From NCBI RefSeq assembly GCF_006345805.1, contig NC_043003.1, positions 24,366,001 to 24,430,000 of the forward strand: a DNA stretch of 64,000 nt. Reading direction: 5' to 3'. Both the position numbers and the translations under genes were made by a program. This DNA is from Octopus sinensis. Lineage: Eukaryota. The notes under the pieces were generated by a model. It was not told where the DNA came from. It saw only the letters and a program-made list of their open reading frames with translations, and ran no database searches. Shown here one piece after another: positions 1-13,821 of the stretch; the first letter of the stretch is position 1, and every line of letters begins with the position of its first letter.

Positions 1-76
1 ATGTATGTCTGTGAGTATTATGCGATGTATGCATTGCTGGATGGATGTTGTTATGTATACGTATGCGTGAATATAA

Positions 77-117
<41 letters not shown>

Positions 118-606
118 TATATATATATATATATATATATAATATACATATATACATATATACATATATATATATGTATACATGTATGTGTGTGTGCGTG
201 TGTATGTGTATATATATGTATATGTGCGTGTATGTATGTTAGTGTATGTTCTATGTATGTATAATCGTATATATATTAATGTAAGTTTGTAAGCATGTAT
301 GTCTCTATGCATGTGCCCATATAAGTATATATATGTTCGTATATGTCTGCATATATGTGAAGATGCAAGTGTATGTGTGTGTACGTATGTATGGATGTGT
401 ACGCGTATATCTCCGTCCTTGTCTTATTTCTCAAATTTCTCATCGGTGGAAAAAACGCCATGTTTTTAGCCTAGAAACATTGATCTATCACCGGAATTTA
501 GGCAATAGGAACAGGACGTTCATGGATTTAGATGCGTATATATGCCCGTATGCGAATGCGTATGTATACATCCAAGTATGCGTGCATATAGTCTTGTGTA
601 TATACG

Positions 607-639
<33 letters not shown>

Positions 640-1140
640 AAAATGCATGATTGTATGCAAGCGTGCATGTCATTGCCTGTGTAGATCAACATGTTTTGAT
701 TTAAGTATTTATACACACATGTTTGCACAGTTACACATGTGTAAATGCATGCACTACATGAAAAAAATTCTCGAATGTTCTTCATCTTTTCACGGTGCTA
801 TTAATGGCTTGCAGCTGTGGTTTCCTAATTAGCAATATCCTTTCTGGTTTCGTGAATACCAACTTCTCAAAATTGGTGCTGAGTTAGTTTGTTATGCATC
901 TAAGTACCCCCAATAATTATGGGTATAAACCTAAAGTGTGGTTGGAGTAACTGCCAATTATGCATTAGTTCTGCATAAATGTTTTCTTTCTCAATGATCA
1001 CAGACGTTGTATTAACAGATGCTATGCAAATGGTTTCTATAACAGTGTGCAATTTATTTCCTCTGTCTCAGACCATTATATCTGGTCTGTTATGCTTGTT
1101 TTTTAGTGGTGTCTTCGCAGGAATATTCTCTCTTTTTAAT

Positions 1141-1394
1141 CTTTTACTCATTTACTTGTTTCAGTCATTTGACTGTGGCCATGCTGGAGCACCGCCCTTA
1201 GTCGAGCAAATCGACCCCAGGACTTATTCTTTGTAAGCCTAGTACTTATTCTATCAGTTTCTTTTGCCGAACCGCTAAGTTACGGGGACGTAAACACACC
1301 AGCATCGGTTGTCAAGCGATGTTGGGGGGGTCAAACACAGGCACACAAACACACATACATACATATATATATATATACACTATATACATACATA

Positions 1395-1443
<49 letters not shown>

Positions 1444-1609
1444 ATACGACGGGTTTCTTTCACTTTCCGTCTACCAAATCCACTCACAAAGCTTTGGTCG
1501 GTCCGAGGCTATAGTAGAAGACACTTGTCCAAGGTGTTACGCAGTGGGACTGAAACGGGAACCATGCAGTTCGTAAGCAAGCTATTACCACACAGCCACT
1601 CCTACGCCT
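1141..1609 (-). mobile_element. tRNA-derived SINE, family A
   Basis: Reverse complement of the family-A head (GGCGCAGGAGTGGCTGTGTGGTAAG..GGTTCAGTCCC, A/B-box-like), central (TA)n and tail ..CAGTCAAATGACTGAAACAAGTAAAAG; matches the copies at 10454, 16228 and 53568. Confidence 0.85.
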
Positions 1610-1677
1610 ATTATTCTACGAATATTTTTTTCAAAATATTTGTGCTTCCGCTCTGCACATCATTATGACTTTATATA

Positions 1678-1892
1678 CGAGAGTAGCTGGAAAGTTCTTG
1701 GTTTTGGGTAAAAGAAAATAGAGGATGATCACTTAATTATGATTCTATTCAACAAAATCCCCACTCAGAGCCACACACATGTTGTAGCAGTCCTTCAGTT
1801 TTGTTAAGCCCTGTAAAAGAACTCGGAAGTTTGGGCCACCAGCCAGGCCTTTCATGATACCCTTAAAGTCAGGACCTGTTCAGCACCCCCTT
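1678..1892. mobile_element. Mariner-type MITE (~215 bp)
   Basis: TA|CGAGAGTAGCTGGAAAGTTCTTGG at left; imperfect inverted copy AAAGTCAGGACCTGTTCAGCACCCCC at right. Confidence 0.55.
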
Positions 1893-2253
1893 TTCTATGA
1901 ATTGCATTGTACAATAATTTGATTACGATGCCTTTATTCAAAAGCTACATTACGCTTGTTACAACTTCCAGTAATGTATAAAGTTTCATCCTTCCCTAAC
2001 GAGTAACAGAAAATATCCAGATAATACTTGAATGGTTTGTAGGACTTCTTCGTTTAATAATTATGCAAGAACGTTTATCCTTGGCAACCTCCACTAACTA
2101 TATCCCACGAGAATATTCTAACCAAGTCAAGGCACTTCTTTATATCATATACAATCTTGGTATTTACACTTTCGGATCTCCCAAAAAGAATCATTGTGTT
2201 AGATTGTACCTTCCTATGAGTCGATCATATACTATCCATATTTCCTTAACATA

Positions 2254-2672
2254 AGCGCAGGTGTGTATCTTGTATGAAGCTTGCTTCTCAACCGCATGAT
2301 TCCCCACGTAGTTGGGAAGCAAACTGCGTGGTACCCAGAGCAAATGTCTTCTACTATAGCCGCGGGCCGACCAAATTCTTATGATTGGATTTGGTGAATG
2401 GAAACTGAACGAAGCCTGTCGTAAATATATATGCGTATGTTTGTGGGTGTGGATCTCTTTCTGTTTGTGTTTGCACCCCACCACTGCTTGACAACAGGTG
2501 TTGTTGTGTTTACTTTCCTATAAATTAGCGGTTCAGTAAAAGAGGCTGATAGAATGAATACCAGGCTTCAAAACAATAGGTGCTGGGATTGATTCGTTCG
2601 ACTAAAATTTTTCAAAGCGGTGTCCCAATATGGCCGAGGTCTAATGACTGAAACAAGCAAAAGATAAAAGAT
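2254..2672 (+). mobile_element. SINE family A, diverged copy
   Basis: Colinear with family A from head to GACTGAAACAAG tail. Confidence 0.75.
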
Positions 2673-2734
2673 AAGAAATAAAGTAAAACAAAATCCCGAG
2701 TATAAACAGCATCAGCGAGCGAGAGAGAGAGAGA

Positions 2735-2784
<50 letters not shown>

Positions 2785-3074
2785 AATTATATACGTCTGT
2801 GGTACTATATTCTTTCAGTGTCAATTTTTCCGTGTTAAATTTCTTAATGGTGGCCCAAGGCGTATTTATTAGGTTCCATGGAAGTTTAGCAAATTGAAGA
2901 GCCCTAGGTATGTACATTTTTGCGTTTTTGTCAGACAGCAATAAACGTATCGTTTTCTGTGAATTCTACTTACATTTGGAACCTAGTTCGAAAAATTCGT
3001 TTCAAATTTTGGCACAAGGCTAACAAGTTCGGGTGGGGTGTATAATCGACCCCAGCTGACACTTATGTTATGGA

Positions 3075-3316
3075 AGGCCATCAATCGCCATGCACACCAG
3101 TCTCTCCCCTTCTCACCATTGATGTTATCCAAGGGAAAGGGAAAAGCCAATAGAGCTTGGTACTAATGGCGTCGCAACTCATTTCTAAAGCTGAGTGAAC
3201 TGAAGGAACGTGAAAATAAAATGTCTTGCTCAAGAACACAACACACAACCCGGTCCGGGAATCGAACTCACCACCTCCTGATTGTGAGCTCGACGCTCTA
3301 ACCATGCACCTTCACA
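3075..3316 (-). mobile_element. tRNA-derived SINE, family D
   Basis: Minus strand has tRNA-like head (GGTTAGAGCGTC..GAGTTCGATTCCC) followed by TTGTGTGTTGTGTTCTTGAGCAAGACA core shared with 7393, 47480 and 50505. Confidence 0.7.
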
Positions 3317-3349
3317 TGTTTCAGCTACCTGCTATATATTTTGTTTATT

Positions 3350-3577
3350 ATTTCTTTACTGCACACAAGGGGCTAAACACAGAGGGGACAAACAAGGATA
3401 GACAAACGGATTAAGTCGATTATATCGACCCCAGTGCGTAACTGGTACTTATTTAATCGACCCCGAAAGGATGAAAGGCAAAGTCGACCTCAGCGGAATC
3501 TGAACTCACAACGTAACGGCAGACAAAATACCGCTAAGCATTTCGCCCGGCGTGCTAACGTTTCTGCCAGCTCACCG
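3350..3577 (-). mobile_element. tRNA-derived SINE, family B
   Basis: Reverse complement of GGCGAGCTGGCAGAAACGTTAGCACGCCGGGCGAAATGC..GGGGTCGATAAATTAAGTACCAG..TTTGTCCCCTCTGTGTTTAGCCCC. Confidence 0.85.
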
Positions 3578-3685
3578 TTTATGTTTATGTTTCAGTGAGT
3601 TTTTCGATTAATTTATGTATCACTCCGTTAGTATTGAACAAAATCTCAGTAGAGAAAGCTTTTTAGTAAAAAATCCTACTAACAT

Positions 3686-4085
3686 AGGTGCACGCGTAAC
3701 TGTGAGGTTAAAAAACTCTCTTTGCAACCACATAGTTTCAGGTTCAGTCCCACTGCGAGGTACCTTGGGTTGGTGTCTTCTACTGTAATGTCGAGCCGAA
3801 CTGTGCCTTAAGAGTGAATTTGGTAAATGGAAACTGTGCTGAAGCCCGTCGTATATCTTTGTGTGTGTTTGTGCATATGTGTGTATTTATGCTTGTCTTT
3901 GTCCCAACCACCGCTTGACGCTAGTTGTTGGTTTGTTTACATCCATACAGCTTAGTGGTTTGGTAAAAGACAATGATAGAATGCGTACCAGACTTGAAAA
4001 AGATACAAAGGCGATTCGTTCCACTAAACCTGTCAAGGAAGTACTCTATTATGGCTACAATCCAACGGCTGAAACACCTAAAATA
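3686..4085 (+). mobile_element. SINE family A, diverged copy
   Basis: GGTTCAGTCCCACTGCG B-box region and family-A body. Confidence 0.75.
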
Positions 4086-5619
4086 TAACTATCTCCCTGT
4101 GTTATTACCATAAATTAGAAAACATAGCTATTATGTTTATATACCCTCCAGCCTTTGTCTACTTACTTTTAATTCGTGTAATCTATCTTCGTATCTATAC
4201 ATTTCTATGCAGATATGTCTACGCTTGCTTGTATGCCTATCAAATTATATCCTACTTTTTTTTTTGTACGTCGACCTTTACAAAACTACCCATCTATTTT
4301 TTTATATACTTGTATAAGTTTGTCTGCCTTTTTCTCACTTTATCCATTAGTGTCTGTTTATATTTGCAAATCAATCAATTAATCGATCAGTTCAATTATA
4401 TTTTCTCTACTTTTCACAAAAGTAAAAGTTTTGCACATTTTTACAAACCTAGCGTATAAAATCAAACCGTGTTTATGAATCGTGTGCATAACAAAAAAGA
4501 AACTAAAAACAAATTGATGTTAGCTTTAGAATTCGAAATTTAAACTCACAAATTGTAAAAAAAAATATATTTCTCTATATTCAGGAAAACATAGCCACTA
4601 TATATTTTAAAAACAAAATGTGTTTCTTTTTTTCTTCTTTATAAACACATAATACACCCAAGCAATTGATGCTTCATGTACGTACATGAATACATACAAA
4701 CAGATGGATTCACACATATATGTGCGTGTAAGTATGGGTGGGTGTGCAAATGTTTGAATATTACTGAATAACGAGACATATATAAATTAGGTTTCTTGTG
4801 AAATACTCTGAGATCGTTATTGATACTAGGATTAAGTTTAATGACTGTTCCATGAAAAGCGAGAAGAGTATCTAAGTGAATGTTTTATCATTTTTCACTG
4901 CTTGAAATGAGGAAATATATAACCTTTTATTTGCGTGCTGCCTTCGTTGTATGGGGATAAATTTTGAAAGAACTCATCAATATAATATTTTATTGATTAA
5001 TTTTTTTTTATCATTCAAATGTGAATCTTTAAGTTTATTTTAAGTCGATAATAATATCTATTCCTACGCAGTTATCTTTTCGAGGAAAACTCATTAATTT
5101 GGAATTCAAACTCAAGGCAAGTTACCGTTCTTAAAAATTTTGTGTTCATATGTATATGTGTATGTGAATATATATATATATATATAACATATGACAGTAA
5201 GAGAAATAAAATAGAATTCACGAGCGTTTCTTTATTAATGACTACGATCGTTTCGACCCATCGTGCATCGGTTCTTCGTGAATGAGATGCTGTACAAACA
5301 GTTGTGATGCATCATTGGTGCAGTTGTGTCTCGTCAGGTGACTATGTCAAAAGGCACCTCATTTTTTTAATCTCCGTTTCGCTTATTTCGGTTAGAATAT
5401 TTTGGTAGTTGTATGTAGCTACATGCATGGATGAGAAGGTTGAGTTATATATAGCCTAGTACTTCTTTAAGCTTGGTGCTTTCACTGAAACGCTATATCA
5501 CGAAGACGTAAACAAACCAACACAGTTTGTCGAGCGGTGATGGGGTACAAACTGAGAGACAAAGACATGCGCGCGGAAACAAGGGTCCAGAAACTTAACA
5601 CTAATCCAGACTGACTTTG

Positions 5620-6780
5620 AATGTTGTATCTTATCCCTTTGGCAACATCTTTTAACCACCAAGTGTTGAAGTGCATCCCTTGACCAAATTTGCATACATA
5701 GGCTGATAACATCATGAAACTTGGAAAGCAGCTCCCTGTGCAGCATTCCTTGTCATATGACCTTAAATACATGCCCAAAGAAGTTGCACGACACTACCGC
5801 AACATATCATCTGATGAAAGGATGAAAATATATCAGCAGAAGACCATATATGGATATGTTACTGGAAAGATTATAACATTGATCATCAAAGCAGTCTATC
5901 AAGGACCGGATTACAACCGGATTATTAAGTCCCACTTTGAAGAGTATGCGTTTGCAATCCAGAAACAGGAAATATCAACCAAATACCTGATGCACAAAAG
6001 GGACAGAGATGCAGGAAAAGCAGCAAAATGTGACGACCGGTGCAGACTTTCTGGAGTTAATAGCGAAGATATCACCAGCATCATAGGCAGTTGTCCGAAA
6101 ATGTCATCATGGTATTATCTACCGGTGAGACATGATCTTGCGGCTAAGACACTGTATAATGAGATCCGCCGGAAGAGTAACCCGGAAGCCAAAGAAATAA
6201 GAACCCTCAGTATGGTGGAAGCCATAGCCACCCACAGTAAAGAGTACTGGTGGAATGTCCCAGTGAATATCTCAATAAAATGTAAACGTAATAGACCTGG
6301 CATAATGATTTGGGATGAGATAAGAGAAACTGAGTACAGTTGTGGAAATCAGCTGCCCAGCGAATGTTAACATAAAGATGAAGATCAACGTAAAAGAAAG
6401 TACCTACGCCGAACTGTTGAGAAGTCTACGGTTACTCAACCCAGATTACAAGTTTGGGTTTATACCTATAATTATTGGGTCACTGGGATATGTAACACAC
6501 TGCTTAAGTGCCAATCTTGAGAAATTAGGCTTCTCCAAACGAGAAAGGAGAAAGCTGATTCGAAGACTACAGATTCAATCCATCACTGGAACTATAAAAA
6601 TCTGTTAAACTTTCCAGAAGTTGAGCATGCCTACACATGCAGCTGTATACATGAGAATACATACATGAGTGGGCCATAGTGCCCAAATTCTGACTTGAAA
6701 GACTTCACCAGGTGGTGCTATTAAGTTAGACATGGCCTGGGCCAATAATGGCCGAAACCTATCAAAGTATAACAAAATAT
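5620..6780 (+). mobile_element. 5'-truncated R4/Dong-type non-LTR retrotransposon (RLE endonuclease end plus 3' UTR), pseudogenised
   Basis: ORF 5714-6370 has a degenerate CCHC finger (CRLSGVNSEDITSIIGSC), RHD and NRPG (RPD-like) motifs; it frameshifts into 6342-6608 (VEISCP..PIIIGSLG); the 3' UTR runs into (TACA)n. Confidence 0.8.
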
Positions 6781-7241
6781 ACATACATACATACATACTT
6801 ACGTACGTACGTACGTACGTTCATACATACATACATACATACATACATACATACTACATACATACATACATACATACATACATACATACATACATACAAC
6901 ATACATACATACATACATACATACATACATACATACATACATACTACATACATACATACATACATACATACATACATACATACATACATACATACATACA
7001 TACATACATACATACATACATACATACATACATACATACATACATACATACATACATACATACATACATACATACATACATACTACATACATACATACAT
7101 ACACACATACATACATACATACATACATACATACATACATACATACATACATACATACATACATACATACATACATACATACATACATACATACATACAT
7201 ACATACATACATACATACATACATACATACATACATACATA
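6779..7241 (+). repeat. (TACA)n microsatellite, ~460 bp
   Basis: Direct reading; source of the IHTY/MYVC pseudo-ORFs. Confidence 0.97.
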
Positions 7242-7392
7242 CCCTGTTGATGTTGCTGAAATCCCAATGAAGGTGGCTTCGATCTAGATTAGAAACCGAC
7301 TTTTTCTGTATTGGCATGAAATCTTAAAGTAAAACTGAATAACGATATATATGCATACATATATAATACGTACATTCATACATAAAAAATAA

Positions 7393-7640
7393 ATGCGCCC
7401 TTTTAAAGCCTAGCCAGGCTCATGGGCCCAGTTTCCCTCCCGGTTTCTATGGCGTATGTGTTCCCCAGCTGGACGGAACGCCAGTCCATCGCAGCGTAAC
7501 TCATTTTTGCTAGTTGAGTGGACTGGAGCAACGTAAAACGAAGTGTTTTGCTCAAGAACACAACGCGTCGCCCGGTCCAGGAATCGAAACCACAATCTTA
7601 AGATCACGATGCTGACACCTTAACCACTAAGCCACACGAC
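7393..7640 (-). mobile_element. SINE family D
   Basis: Minus strand GTGGCTTAGTGGTTAAGG..GGTTTCGATTCCTGGACCGGG followed by GTTGTGTTCTTGAGCAAAACAC. Confidence 0.75.
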
Positions 7641-7661
7641 TTCACGCATGCATATTTCATA

Positions 7662-8176
7662 TCTATATATATAAAACTGTAGTTGTGTGAGTGTCTGTCT
7701 CCTACGATTTAGATTCCTAACTCCTCCCACATTTTGCGGTGCAGTTTAACCAAATTCGGGTATCTTATAGTCGTGATTAATATCAAGCCCGTCTGGCTAT
7801 TAGCGCGCGTCTACGATGAGTCTACGATTTTAAAAATAATTTAACATCATTTTTTATTCCATTTTAATGCATATTTTTCGTGTGTCGATGGCGGCGGAGT
7901 TGGCGTCCACGCTCAAACACCTGCACCTGTGTTTGCTTCTCCCCCTTCTTCCTCCCTCGTGAAGCTGTGGGGAAGGGAGTTTAAGGAAATCAACGTCGTA
8001 ATGCGTTGTCAAGGAGACCAGCGTTCTTTTAGAGCAACGACTTCATGGCTTGAAGACACCAAAACAGAAATGGCTAAGAAAGCCCGAATTGGCATCTATA
8101 AAGGAAGTAACTCTCTAAAAATGCTTATATAGTTATTTCCCTTACAAACCCGAGCAACGCCGGGCGATACTGCTAG
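7662..8176 (+). mobile_element. Non-autonomous Helitron-like element
   Basis: A|TCTATATATATAAAA start; 3' hairpin CCCGAGCAACGCCGGG followed by CGATACTGCTAG; no TSD. Confidence 0.8.
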
Positions 8177-8572
8177 TCTTTATATATAAAAGTAAGGTTG
8201 TGTGCTGTCTGTCTCCTACGATTTAGATTCCTAACTACTCCCACATTTTGCGGTGCAGTTTAACCAAAACCGGGTATCTTATAGTCGTGATTCATATCGA
8301 GCCCTTCTGGGTATTAGCGCGCGTCTACGAGGAGTCTACGATTTTAAAAAAAATTTACCATCAATTTTTCCCATTTTTAATGCATTTTTGGCATATATAA
8401 GGGAAGTAACTCTCTAAAAGTTTATTATTAAATCTCAGAACGTAAAAAGCTACAGTAACACCCCCCCTTTGTGGTCAACCATATTGAGATGGCTATTATA
8501 CTTTACATCTCTAAAAATGCTTATATAGTTATTTCCCTTACAAACCCGAGCAACGCCGGGCGATACTGCTAG
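8177..8572 (+). mobile_element. Non-autonomous Helitron-like element, directly tandem to the previous one
   Basis: Starts TCTTTATATATAAAAG immediately after CTAG; same 5' block and identical 3' hairpin-CTAG|T. Confidence 0.8.
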
Positions 8573-9139
8573 TTTATTATAATCGCTATTATCACATAGC
8601 AGACTCTCGCGCCATACCTCTGATCAACAATGCGGAGTTGTTGCTGGTTTCCAAACCTCCCTTTCAACTGCGCAGTTAGGGAAGTATGGAAGGCAATAAC
8701 TGACATGTATTATTATTTTTGTTTCTTGTCTATCTGCCAGTCTGAAGTTTCTACAGTCTCCTTCAAACTGCATATACTGATATAAAAGTTAAATATATTA
8801 ACCATTACAATGATGCCTATTTGCTCTCATTCTCCTTCTTCTCTCTATATAAATATCTATAATCTTCTCTCTCACGCTTTCTCTCTTTATATCTCTATAT
8901 TTGCTTATATGTCTGTCTCTGTCTGTCCGTGTATCTGTTGCGCCTTTATCTCGCGCAATATCATTTCTCTTTATCTCTGCATTAATCTCTCGCGCTCCTT
9001 TATGTCTCTTCTGTGTATCGATCTGTCCCCGTCTGCCTGTCTCCCTTTCCACCTGTCTCTCTTTCCCTCTCTTTCCAGTGTTCTCTTTTTCCATATCATT
9101 ATCATTATTCATCTCACTCGTGCGCGTTCCATACGTACA

Positions 9140-9202
<63 letters not shown>

Positions 9203-9257
9203 TAATAGTATGTATGTATATACACATGCAACATACATATATGTATATATATATTAT

Positions 9258-9295
<38 letters not shown>

Positions 9296-9745
9296 TACAT
9301 ATGTTACACATGTATATATATATATTATATTTTATATATATGCATGTATATATATAATATATATGTATATATTATTATATATATAATACACATATACATA
9401 TATACATCTGTGCATATATATAAGAATACCTACCTACGCATGTAAATGTATACACTTGTGTATATATATAGATATATCTGTGTTTGTGTGTAGTTATATA
9501 TATAAAACACATATATACATATATATATATGTATATATGTATATATATACATATATTTATATATATATATATGTATGTATATATATATACATACATACAG
9601 TGTATATGTATATATATATACATATATATATATTCGATATCTATATATATATATATATATAATATATATATATAATTATATATATATAGATATATATATA
9701 TATATATATATTATATTACTATATATATATTATATATATAATACA
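9140..9745. repeat. Degenerate (TA)n-rich tract
   Basis: Direct reading. Confidence 0.9.
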
Positions 9746-10078
9746 TACACACAAACACACGTACCGGTGTATATGACGTACGTTATAGGTGTGAGAACAG
9801 CGTGACATAATGGATGCAATACTCGCTGCATGAGAACGATTACAATAGAAACTTATCACATCAACAATACTTCAAAGCAATATTTCATTCTAAACATTCA
9901 GCTCAGTATAACACATGACTCACAAACACACATACAACTATTTACTAGCGTATACATACAGATAATTTTACACACATGCCTGCAATCACATGTACATTTA
10001 TGCTTACACTCATATGCAAATATATATGTGCCTGTATGGCAAATGAAAGACGGAAGATGGAATGGAACAAAATTTATT

Positions 10079-10127
<49 letters not shown>

Positions 10128-10130
10128 TAT

Positions 10131-10450
10131 AAACGCGTGATTGTGTAGTGAAAAGTGTGTTTTCAAGCTACATGGTTTCAGGCGCAGTCGCACACCATGG
10201 TCCTTGTGAGACGATTTGGTAAGTGGAAACTGTGTGGAAGCCCGTTATATTTGTGAGTGTGTATGTTTACCTCTGCGTTTGTTTTTGTCCTCCTTCCACC
10301 ATTCGACAGCTGGTGTCGATTTGTTAACGTAACGTAGCGGTTTGGCAAAAGGTGTCCGATAGAATGAGTACCTGTCTTCAAAGAAGTAATACGAAATCCA
10401 GCATGTTCGCTATGCAATGACTGAAACAAGTAAAAGATGAAAAATGAAGA
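10131..10450 (+). mobile_element. SINE family A, old internally deleted copy
   Basis: GATTTGGTAAGTGGAAACTG..GCAATGACTGAAACAAGTAAAAG. Confidence 0.6.
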
Positions 10451-10453
10451 TAT

Positions 10454-10592
10454 AGGCGTCGGAGTGGCTGTGTGGTAAGTAGCTTGCTTACGAACCACAT
10501 GGTTCTGGATTCAGTCCCACTGCGTGGCACCTTGGGCATAGCCTTGTGAGTGGATATGGTACACGGAAACTGAAAGAAGCCCGTCGTATATA

Positions 10593-10627
<35 letters not shown>

Positions 10628-10826
10628 ATGTGTCTGTGTTGTCCCCACAACATCGCTTGACAACCGACGGTGGTGTGTTTACGACCCCGTAACTTAGCGG
10701 TTCGGCGAAAGAGACTGATAGAATAAGTACTAAGGCTTCCAAAGAATAAGTCCTGGTGTCGATTTGCTCGACTAAAGGCGGTGCTTCAACATGGCCACAG
10801 TCAAATGACTGAAACAAGTAAAAGAG
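10454..10826 (+). mobile_element. SINE family A
   Basis: Head GGCGTCGGAGTGGCTGTGTGGTAAG; near full-length. Confidence 0.85.
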
Positions 10827-11384
10827 TATATACGAGTATATACTCTCATGCATATAAAGATACGAACATAAATACAAACACTAAAGAATACCTAGTTACA
10901 TTCACAGAGACGCTCAATGATATATATACACACATACTAAATAAGCGGATCCTCGTCAGTTTCGACGATGTAAATTCAGTTGTTTAGCGTGTGTATTAAT
11001 GACAGACAAAAGGGCAGGCCGATGAGTAGACAGATAGGTAGACAGTGATGTATGCTATATATACATTGTACTCTGTGTAGTCTTCCTTTCATACTTTAGT
11101 AATTCTACCAAAGGATAACGGCCACGCTGGAATGTTGCTTTCTGCGATTGTAGTCGCTTGTATTCAGCGTAGTACGAGTACTTTGTTTGGTATTTTATTT
11201 CGTAGTTCTGATATAGGATGAAAGGTAAATTTGACATCGGCGTAAAGATGAAAGATTAACCACTACTGGATTAAGTAACACAAAGTATTTTTACTCGTTG
11301 ATCGAGATCGTTTCATCTGTCGCTCACAGATACACACACGCAAACACAATACGTATACATATATGTGTGTGCATATATATATAT

Positions 11385-11612
11385 ATATATTATAAAATCC
11401 GTTCTGTGTGTGTGTGTGTGTCTTCTAGGATCCAGGGCGTCCTCGATCCGATTGCGCTCAAAATTGATATGAAGATACCGACGGTATCAGGACGTGAATA
11501 AGTCTTGAAAAAATTACAAAAATCGATTCCAGATGAGAATGCAATCGTTAAAGCCGTGGGAACGGGCATCTGATAACTCAGCACCGTCCATTGGATGAGG
11601 GGCGTTTTGCTC
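11385..11612 (+). mobile_element. Helitron-like non-autonomous element, degenerate
   Basis: TATAAAATCCGTTCTG(TG)n 5' block, GATCCGATTGCGCTCAAAATT motif, end GGGGCGTTTTGCTCGT resembling ..GCTAGT. Confidence 0.45.
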
Positions 11613-11613
11613 G

Positions 11614-11647
<34 letters not shown>

Positions 11648-11658
11648 CATATACATAC

Positions 11659-11720
<62 letters not shown>

Positions 11721-12014
11721 TAGTTTCAGCTCAAGCTGCGGCGCTGATGCTATGCACCGCCGTTTTGTGCTACACGGTTATTACGACGAACCTCGTCTAA
11801 TTGTGGCACTTGGTGAGAATGGAGTTTGATATAGCTACTCTCATTTGCACCTCTTGCCGTGAGGTAGGTTCATCTGGGACTCTTGACAGAAAAATTATTT
11901 TACACACATATAAGGGGGAAGACCTCTAAGTGGACAACCATTATGCTAGAAGTCGACACCCTATGGTCTTACCACTAAGAAATGAATGTTCTCAAGAAAA
12001 TTTAGCAAACGCGT

Positions 12015-12141
12015 TTGCACAAGGCTTTGGTCGGCTCGAGGATATAGTAGAAGACACTTGCCCAATGTGTCACGCAGTGGGACTGAACCTGGAACTACGT
12101 GGTTGGTAAGCAAGCTACTTAACACACAGCCACTCCTGCGC
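12015..12141 (-). mobile_element. SINE family A, 5' portion
   Basis: CACACAGCCACTCCTGCGCCT is the reverse complement of the head. Confidence 0.8.
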
Positions 12142-12228
12142 CTATGTATGTATGTTGTGTGTGTGTGTGTATGTGTGTGTGTGTGTGTGCAGTTATGTAT
12201 GTAACGGATGGACCCAGTGTGTATGTAC

Positions 12229-12270
<42 letters not shown>

Positions 12271-12566
12271 ATGTACATATATATATATATGTATACATAT
12301 ATATATATTGTATATATATATATATATATAATATAATATAATATATATATATATTATATATATATATATATATATATTGCTGGAAAGCATATAGACACTA
12401 TCAACAGTGCTACTGTCTTGTACACACAAAATGGCACACTTACCAAGAAGGTGAATAACAATTTGTGAAAATCAATATAGATATGTTCGGGCCTATAAAT
12501 AAGGCTATATTTATGTATATATGGATACATTTGTGCTCATGTTTGTGTATGAATGAATATATGTGT

Positions 12567-12603
<37 letters not shown>

Positions 12604-13102
12604 TCATAAATAAGGGCAAACGAAAAAATTTCTAATGCCAAATATGCCGAAAAATTGGACATATTGTCCATTAACCATATAATTTTTTTCATAATACGCA
12701 CGCTACTCAAAAAAAAGGCCGACAGAAATTTCTAAAAAATTCCATTATTACCATATCGGACCGATTTCAGGGTTAGCTCATAACAGCCCTCCCTTCGTCA
12801 GTGATACATGTGTCAAAAGAAATAAATGAGATACTTACTCATACCCATGGAAGAAGCAAACACTCAGTCATGAGCACAATTAAGTACCCCAAATACATCC
12901 AAAATAAAAATACTCCAGCCCATTCGAGACACGTGCGATTTGAACTGAGACCTCACAGAGTGACAGAGTCCGGAAGTGAACGTTTAAATTTATAAATTTA
13001 ACCTTTAAAGGTATTTTTTAATATGCTGGCCACTGATAAAATTTTTTTCGAAAAGAATTTTTTTCCGAAAAAAATTTTGTCCTACATTAGATATAGATAT
13101 AC

Positions 13103-13176
<74 letters not shown>

Positions 13177-13204
13177 TATATACATACATACATACATACA
13201 TACA

Positions 13205-13237
<33 letters not shown>

Positions 13238-13460
13238 TTACAACAGTGTATGTGCACTTATGCACTTATATAACCTGAATTTGTATTAGATAAGTAGATA
13301 GATAGATAGATAGATAGATACATACATACATACATACATACATACATACATACATTCATACATACATACACTCGCACACATACACATATCTACGTGTCTA
13401 ATTATACGTATGTATGCCAATACCTATATGCATATGTGTGTATGTATGTGTGTGCATATA

Positions 13461-13491
<31 letters not shown>

Positions 13492-13769
13492 ATACATGCA
13501 TGCACATACATTTATGTGTGTGTGTTTGTGTGTGTCAGGTTATGTAAATATATTTGGTAAATAAACATATGAATGCATACACACATGCATAAACACACAC
13601 ACACACACACACACACACTTAGACATATAAAGACGTACATACACTGTCTTACATTAAACGTCTTAAATACATACGCAAGTAAATGTACTTCTATAGAATG
13701 TAAGTACATGCACGCATGTGGTATACGTAATACATGTGCAAGGGTGGTGTGCATGCATGTACGCCAATG

Positions 13770-13772
13770 TGT

Positions 13773-13821
<49 letters not shown>

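Noticed and set aside
10945-10975. CTCGTCAGTTTCG (HHR core words on the minus strand)
   Set aside because: The elements are in the wrong order and there are no supporting stems
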